Part shown: positions 58,143 to 64,000 of the stretch, one piece after another
Numbering within the stretch: position 1 is the first letter of the stretch
Layout: every line of letters begins with the position of its first letter
Origin: Rhizophagus irregularis
Taxonomy: Eukaryota
Direction of reading: 5' to 3'
Length of the DNA stretch: 64,000 nt
NCBI RefSeq assembly: GCF_026210795.1
Contig: NC_089429.1
Location: 3,038,001-3,102,000, forward strand
Notes under the pieces: model-generated
The model's input: the letters and a program-made list of their open reading frames with translations, nothing else
The model's database searches: none
What the model was told of the DNA's origin: nothing
Program-made: the position numbers and the translations under genes

Positions 58143-58611
58143 TTATGCAAGAAGTTCTGCTAAGGTTTTCTCAGCCTCGTTTTTAGTAATAGCTCGCTTT
58201 GGGGGACCGGTTGATGAGTCCTTAGTCGCATTATAATACAATTCGAAGAGGGCCTCAAGTTTGTCTAAAAGAGCTTGTTTATTCTTGTATGATTCACGAA
58301 TCTTTGCTATCTTAGCAGTATATGCTGCATTATCTGGGAAGAGTTTTCTGGCCACGAACTTCACATATGATACAGGAGAATTTGCCGTCTGGATTCGCTT
58401 GATATACTTCACATGATCCTGGACAAGGTAGCTGGTTTTGCTAAACCCAGATACTAATGCGACTACTATAGTGTCTTTCAATGCACGGATAATGCGAGGA
58501 CAGTTTCATCGAGACAATGGTGAACTGATTGTGCGATGCATCATAAATAACTTTATCACTAATGCTGTCAGTGCTGTTAATAATGCTTGCTAATTCGGTA
58601 TATGTTGACAT
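58143..58611 (-). pseudogene. Hypothetical protein (frameshifted)
   Basis: MSTYTELASII... from 58611 joins ORF 58143-58481 after an indel. Confidence 0.4.
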
Positions 58612-58723
58612 GATTCCTTATACTTTTTTGTACTTTGTAATAAATAGGAATCTTCAAATTGACTTTACATTCAAGCAGAAAAAATATATATACCTACTGT
58701 AAATCCAACCGCATTCTTGGCAA

Positions 58724-60606
58724 TCATGTCCAGATAACCTTGTTTGCATTTTTCACATGGCAGTATCCTGCGGTTTCAAACTTGAGAGCTTTCAATGCTT
58801 TGGATGCATTTTCTGGACAAGTGATAAGTGTAGGACTACTCGGCTGTTCCTCTAGAATAAATCCATCTGTATGGATGCGTCGTACTTTATCCTTATATGG
58901 TTCTAATAACTCTGAAGTCGTCTTCCGTCCATGTGCTAATAAGAATGGAGCGATCCTAGGATACTCACCCTTGAAGGGACTACCTGGGTTTGTGAACTGG
59001 AATCGCCACTGGTCAGATCCTACTGGTACGATGGAGTCAAGTGTGTGGCCTTCTGGAAACTTGAATGGATCTGTTTGATCTGTGGTGAGTGTCTTGTAAT
59101 TGCGTTTCCTCTGGCAGAGTGCTTCCCCATAGTGTATTGAGAACTCTCTTTGCAACACGACCGGCCACGCCACCCTGGTTCTTTATATTGAAGAGAAAGT
59201 GGACATACTCACCAAATATTACAGTCCCAGGAATTCTTGCTTCTCTGTCATATATCAAGGCATTTGGCTTTCCATCCTGGATTAACTGTATATCGAGTCC
59301 AAGTTTCTTTGCTCGTTGTAAGTCAATGAATGTATAGACTCCCCTCTTATTCTGTCGGAAGAGAATGTCATTACCACTTACCTTGCCCTTGGGCGCTCCT
59401 GGGAGCTAGCACGAAATAATCCATACAAGGCATAACCTCTATGGTCTACAAAGTCTTTGAGTATTTGAAACTTACCTTGTCGGATTGGAAAGTTTGCATT
59501 TGATTGCTGAATACTTGGATACAAACTTGTCACGTCGTATTGCCTTCCATAGCCCTTCCATTCATTGTCTGCCCAGATAAGACCTCCCATCATTGCATCA
59601 CTTATCCACTCTGCTTCGACTGGGTCAAGAGGATCATTGGCTGGAACCCCTACACTAAACCGTTCAAAAAGCCAGAGTGCAGTTCTCTTGTACGACCAGT
59701 TGTGGTAAGATAAGTCGATTCCTAGACCGAACTTCTTTGTAGCCTGTAGGAAGGAATCCCGCTCTTCATGGATCCTCTGGTATGTTTCCTCAAGTGTTTC
59801 ATATATTCCAGTTTTACAATTCTTCTCGATAGGGATGAAGGAGTAACTATCAGAGTTCTTACCTTTCTGAAACTGTCCAACTGTAAGAGACTTAACTGTC
59901 TTACCATTGTATATTGTTACTACATTATTAACCCCATCTTCACGATAAACAAAGGGAGACTTTTGTTTTCTATCTAATTTGCTAGGGTGGAGTCTTCCGG
60001 GATTCAGTGCAAGAGAGTAGTGGCCTTCAGACAGGATAAGTGTTGCACGTCTGTCAGATTTGCTCTTGGAAATTCGAGTGGAATCCCCTACAATATTAAG
60101 TGCAAGGCTTCCTGCAAGTTGTTCAACCTTATCCATATATGAGACTGGAACTGGAGCATCACGATTGAGACCTAATGCCTTTTTGATATACTCGGGCTTT
60201 TTGATTGACTTTGGCATTTTAGAGAATGTGCCGTAGATATATTTCAGGCATTCATACAGGCAATCATTTAGCTCCCCGTTGCAACCCCCTGCAACCGGTG
60301 GGGCATCTCTCACATAAATTATGAATCGTTCAAAATAATCAGGGTCCTGCATCATCCGGTAGTCATGGCTTCGTCGTAAGGGTCCAAGAGTGAGAAGAGG
60401 CTGGCTGGTTGGTTTCCTGATGTCCATCCACCGGGTTTCCAGTTTTCATAGGGAAGCAGAATCTGAAATTTATGTGTCGGATACCGGGATTGGAGTTGCT
60501 GTCCAAGTCTGGCAATAGCTCCTCTAGAAAATCTTGCGCCTGAATACTGTAGTTCTTTGATATCTGGTCTTGTAGGCAAAGCACGTGCAATTTTTGAATA
60601 GGCCAT
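58724..60606 (-). pseudogene. Compact protein-primed-type family B polymerase with an N-terminal OTU-like Cys/His motif
   Basis: GGLIW...QYDVTSLYPS (motif A), AKRVLNTLWG (B), IAPFLLAHGR, RIHTDGF (C variant); upstream NDCLYECL...LSEGHYS. Split over four ORFs. Confidence 0.75.
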
Positions 60607-60689
60607 TTGATATAACTATGAATTGTATTCAATTGTAATATAGGTTTTTTATATAAAAAATATAAGATAACTAAGAGGCGCTTATCTTA

Positions 60690-63286
60690 TTAAAAGGAGT
60701 CAATCATATCACAGGCCTCATCAATATCCAGCTCGTCTACAAATCCATTAGCGGCTTCCCATTCACGTTCCATATCAGTTTTTGGACGTTCCTCTGGGAT
60801 TTCTCGTGCCTTACCCTTATTCATCTTCATAGTTTCATAACCGGAGGTGGTAGGGATAATCTCGGCATCATGATCCTCCTTATATGCTCTTATTAGATCT
60901 GCGAGTTCTTTACGGCTAGGTGTTTTAGGTAAGTACCCATTATATTCTATCCAGTCCTGAAGCGGTCTACTACCTCCCTAAGGTAGTACTGGTACTCGTC
61001 CTCAATACGTGTTGTGGGACATTCCTCTACTTCAAACGCGAGTATTTCCCAGTCATAGTTGTCTGACACGTCTTGGTACTTAGCCCATAAATCCTTACCT
61101 GTATTGTGGAGATCATTGAAGACCTGGTCCTTTGAATTCTTGACCCATGGCTTACGATCCCATCGGTGCCTTTCATGCCAAGCCCAGTGTGCTCGAGTAC
61201 CTTCCTTTGGTTCAGGGGTCCCAGTCAACTTCTAGTTCTGTGTCGGGTTCTGGGATAGGTTGCTCTTTAGGAGCCGGTTCGGGTCAGGCTTAGTGACAGA
61301 TGCAGAAAATTCTGCGGGAGGCTCGGGTTGTTCTTCGGGAGCCGGTTCTGGGTCAGGCTTAGTGACAGATGCAGAAAATTCTGCGGGAGACTCGGGTTGT
61401 TGTTCAGGAGCTGGGTTCACAGTTGTAAAATCTGAGTCAGATAGCAAGTCATCTAAGACGTCATAGTCATCAACAGCTTTAAGTGCAGGTTCTTCAGCAG
61501 GCGGCTCATCTTCTTGATCAGGTTCCTCATCGATAGATAACAGTCTGAGAAGCTATCTATAGGTTCATCAGTATCTGACTTTATAGGAGCTGGAGATTCC
61601 TCAGGAATAGGATCCTCATTGATGACAGGTGCGGGTTTTACCTTCAAGCAATCGGGCTTAAGTGGTACTGGTGGTGGAGTCTTTTTGGTCTCTTCAGTAG
61701 GCTTCTTCTTGACAGGAGCGGGTTTTTCCTCAGCAGGTTTCTCTTGTACGTCTTGTGGATTATTAGCAGGAATGCTATATATATTTGCCAAGAACTTTTC
61801 TAAGGCTTTGGGATCAGATGCGGGCTTCTCGGGAGTTTCTACATCTATTCCTTCTATATTGATTTCATCTGTTTCGTGGATCCATTTTTTGGTGAGAAAC
61901 TTTTTGTAAAGGTCCTCCCTAGATATGCTGTAAACTCGTGGTGTTGTCTTACCTACACGTATTTTTCTGCTATTTATACCCAACTCATTTGATAGGATTC
62001 TAGAAGCGTTTATCTTTGATAGGGGTGTAATGCAATGAGTTTCACAGTATGAAGTATATACCCTATAAAATTCTTGAACAGGTAGGTCGGTTATATGATT
62101 TTTTACTATGAGGTAAATGTCCTTTATGAATTGAAATAGGGGTGGGAGAGTTGATATGATGTGATCCTGCTTAGATGTTGTCATAGGTGGTGGATTCCCA
62201 TTGAAGTCTGGGTAAGCGTCTGCAATGGCTCTCGTTGTAAGCATAGAATGCCTCACTGGCACCTGGGTATTTGATAGCGTCACTGAGTTTTTTTAAAGTA
62301 GTTGAGGTCTTCCCTTGCGGGATGGTGACACATCCAAGAACACTGTGCGCCTATCATCATTATCCACTCTGAGAGCATTTTGTTGGTTAGGACGATAGTA
62401 GACATAAAGTTTTTATAATGTGTTGGTGTCTTGTATTTTTCATGGATTTCCATTATGTCACTCGTTACCTTATCCTTTAAAGAGCGATACAGATTATTCC
62501 ACTGGCTTTTTTCCGTGGGCATTTCCTCGAGAAGAAGAAGAATCTTACCCTGTAATTGCCCATTGAAACTTCCACGAATCGTCTCAGGATCGCTGGTCTT
62601 ATAAACGAGTTGAGTGCCTAGGACGCTGCGCTGAATGAAATCTGTTATAATGCCTTTGCCCCAACCCTGTCCAGATTTCAGGTAAAGGATCGAATACATT
62701 TTCCTTCCAGCTGCCACACCGGCCAACCACTTTATGATATACTCAGTAAGATTCCAATCGCCTGAACACCAGATATCCTGAATGTGGGAGAAGATAAATT
62801 TAACCGCGAGGTGGGTTGTAGATTCAAAAGTGGATATCGGACGCAGGATATGGAGGAATCCTGGAAAGATATTGAGATAAAGTTGGCCACCTAGTTTAAA
62901 GATACGGGATTTTTGAGGGTCACAGGTAGCTACACATACAGTACTATATTCGATCATAAACCATTTGTTGATATTAAATTCAACCTTTTGTGAAGGACCC
63001 TGTTCAGATTGTGTGTAAAAGACTTTGGTAATTGGACGGATAAGTTTATTAATATTTTTATCAGGGATGTGCTCGAGGTTTTTGATTTCTGATCGCCACA
63101 TGAAGACTCCATGTGGGTTGGAGCAGAGGGGATAAAGTAACTGCAAAGATAACCTTTAGCTTGATTGAGATCCCTCATATTCTTTGCAGCGTTAATGAGC
63201 CGTTTAAGCTCATCAATACTAAAAGCCTTCTTCTGTTCACCGAACTTGGGGATAACTTGAGCTTGAGTGCTAGTTTGGGCAGTCAT
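60690..63286 (-). pseudogene. D5-like SF3 helicase, winged helix and Pro/Glu-rich tail; no AEP domain visible
   Basis: YLNIFPGF, IWCSG, SGQGWGKG (Walker A), LLLLEEM (Walker B), VLTN (sensor). Internal direct repeat PAEFSASVTKPD twice at ~61270-61410. Confidence 0.8.
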
Positions 63287-63507
63287 TTTTTGTTCTATCA
63301 AATCGAGTACTAATTTATAGTTACCTAATCTTCAATTGCCGAATATTTTTCCAAAGATCTGCACTCCTACCAATTTACCCTCCTGTAGTCCTATGGTCCT
63401 GCGATTCTGCGGTCCTCTGGTTATATCTGGTTATCTTCTAGGGGTAAAAAAAAAAACTATAAACCACGAACCTTTACGACTGCTCTAAATCTTCCCTTCC
63501 CCCTTTT

Positions 63508-63868
63508 TCAAACTACATATATCTGAAATCCAAACCGCTCAAGAGCTCCTTTTACTATAGTTAGCTTTTTTCTAGTGTCCGTTAACTCTTTACAAGCCTT
63601 TTGATACGCCTTCCATTCAAGTTCACGGAGGGTACCCTCCTCCTCCAATGATTGGCCAAGAGCATCGTTTGCTTTTTCCTTCTTTTCTACTGCCCTGTCG
63701 TATGCCTCCTCGGCTTTTTTATGCCGCTTCCAGAGTACTCGTTCAGCTTCGGCTTTCCAGATTGGGCTGACTTCTAAAAGACGTGGCCCGAAATTGCTAC
63801 TTCGGAATGTGTTCCAGGATATGGCCTACAAGTTCAGGAATTACTGATACTGCGTGCGGGGTATACAT
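63508..63868 (-). pseudogene. Second F-box-like protein with a helical C-terminus (one frameshift near 63801; absent from the ORF track)
   Basis: MYTPHAVSVIPELVGHILEHIP / SSNFGPRLLEVSPIWKAEAERVLWKR..., open to the TGA at 63510-63508. Confidence 0.55.
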
Positions 63869-63897
63869 GTTATCTGTCCTTATAGGTTACTTATGGT

Positions 63898-64000
63898 ATA
63901 CCCATTGTTCAATTACTTATTTTTTCTGACGGGGGCAGAACGGGGTTGGTCTTACTGGCTCTAGTACCGACCTTCTAGGGGCTTACCTACTAATTTACCT
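63898..64000 (-). repeat. Visible part of the right TIR of element B (continues past the window end)
   Basis: Reverse complement of 50366-50465. Confidence 0.95.

Larger units (their letters stand above)
50005..64000. mobile_element. Element B: ~14-kb Polinton-like element with Gag-protease (right end lies beyond the window)
   Basis: TIR match between 50366-50465 and 63898-64000. Contains an rve-chromo integrase, A32-like ATPase, pPolB-like polymerase, SF3 helicase, Gag and protease. The left boundary is inferred. Confidence 0.8.

Noticed and set aside
15358..59977. Numerous antisense or alternate-frame ORFs overlapping long genes (e.g. 15358-15681, 18560-19084, 37871-38242, 47377-47715, 58659-59078)
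   Set aside because: They are shadows of motif-bearing genes on the other strand or frame.

Overview
AT-rich eukaryotic nuclear DNA, most consistent with an arbuscular mycorrhizal (Glomeromycotina) fungus: short GT-AG introns, Crinkler genes, many MITEs. Bases 1-13 kb are host sequence, with nested MITEs and an intron-containing nuclear gene for the mitochondrial T7-like RNA polymerase (RPO41). The rest holds two related DNA-virus/Polinton-like elements. Element A (at least 13.7-50.0 kb, ~930-bp inverted repeats) encodes an asfarvirus-like RNA-primed PolB, an AEP primase-SF3 helicase, an rve integrase fused to a PD-(D/E)xK nuclease, an A32-like packaging ATPase, a protelomerase-like tyrosine recombinase and intron-bearing Crinkler/REase cargo. 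Element B (~50.0 kb to beyond the window end, with its own TIR) appears to sit inside A's right repeat. It encodes a compact protein-primed-type PolB, an SF3 helicase, an rve-chromodomain integrase, an A32-like ATPase and two F-box-like genes. In neither element can I recognise a jelly-roll capsid or a reverse transcriptase. Both instead carry a retrotransposon-type Gag linked to an aspartyl protease across a shared A_AAA_AAG-stop junction, a candidate -1 frameshift site. Many core genes have single-base indels, from decay or assembly error. All protein calls come from reading motifs by eye; no searches were run.
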